Source of the DNA: Macrostomum lignano
Lineage: Eukaryota
Assembly: GCA_002269645.1 (NCBI GenBank)
Contig: NIVC01001753.1
Span: 1 to 64,000, forward strand
Length of the DNA: 64,000 nt
Direction: 5' to 3'
A program made the position numbers and the translations under genes. The notes under the pieces were generated by a model, which saw only the letters and a list, made by a program, of their open reading frames with translations, did no database searches and had not been told where the DNA came from. Shown here one piece after another: positions 63,915-64,000 of the stretch; position 1 is the stretch's first letter, and the number at the start of each line of letters is the position of its first letter.

Positions 63915-64000
63915 ATGGCCCAAAAAATTCTCTATACGATCAGTCTCAATACGCTGAACCTAAAATACCGACAGCACCAAACTCGATGGCACCGAATTCG
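63915..64000 (+). CDS. 5' end of the next viral ORF (truncated by the window end)
   Basis: GAAAAAAATGGCC start context; frame uncertain because of an A-run. Confidence 0.4.
   Translation, partial: MAQKILYTISLNTLNLKYRQHQTRWHRI

Larger units (their letters stand above)
52880..64000. mobile_element. Endogenous Polinton/Maverick-like (adintovirus-like) dsDNA virus, continuing beyond the window end
   Basis: Intronless, densely packed ORFs with A-run start contexts: minor capsid, major capsid, FtsK/A32 ATPase, coiled-coil and small ORFs. The left boundary is approximate and no TIR was recognised. Confidence 0.82.

Overview
Eukaryotic (metazoan) genomic DNA. GC-rich exons are separated by introns filled with minisatellites; this style resembles flatworm genomes such as Macrostomum, but the taxon is only an inference. 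Bases 1-52 kb hold six spliced host genes: a hAT-transposase-derived gene whose DDE triad appears replaced (probably domesticated), DESI1 with a long C-terminal extension head-to-head with GNL3/nucleostemin, a divergent Galpha12/13-like subunit with His in place of the catalytic Gln, a peroxisomal D-amino acid/D-aspartate oxidase, and ANKRD50. SINEs, MITEs and about 20 tandem arrays are interspersed. From about 52.9 kb to the window end lies an endogenous Polinton/adintovirus-like virus (minor capsid, major capsid, FtsK/A32 packaging ATPase, coiled-coil protein, small ORFs). Its major capsid gene is interrupted by a nearly intact Mag-type Ty3/Gypsy LTR retrotransposon. That insertion has an abnormal junction: a 317-bp target duplication, an 8-bp-truncated LTR end and templated filler. 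Exon boundaries were read by hand and protein assignments rest on motif recognition, not database searches.
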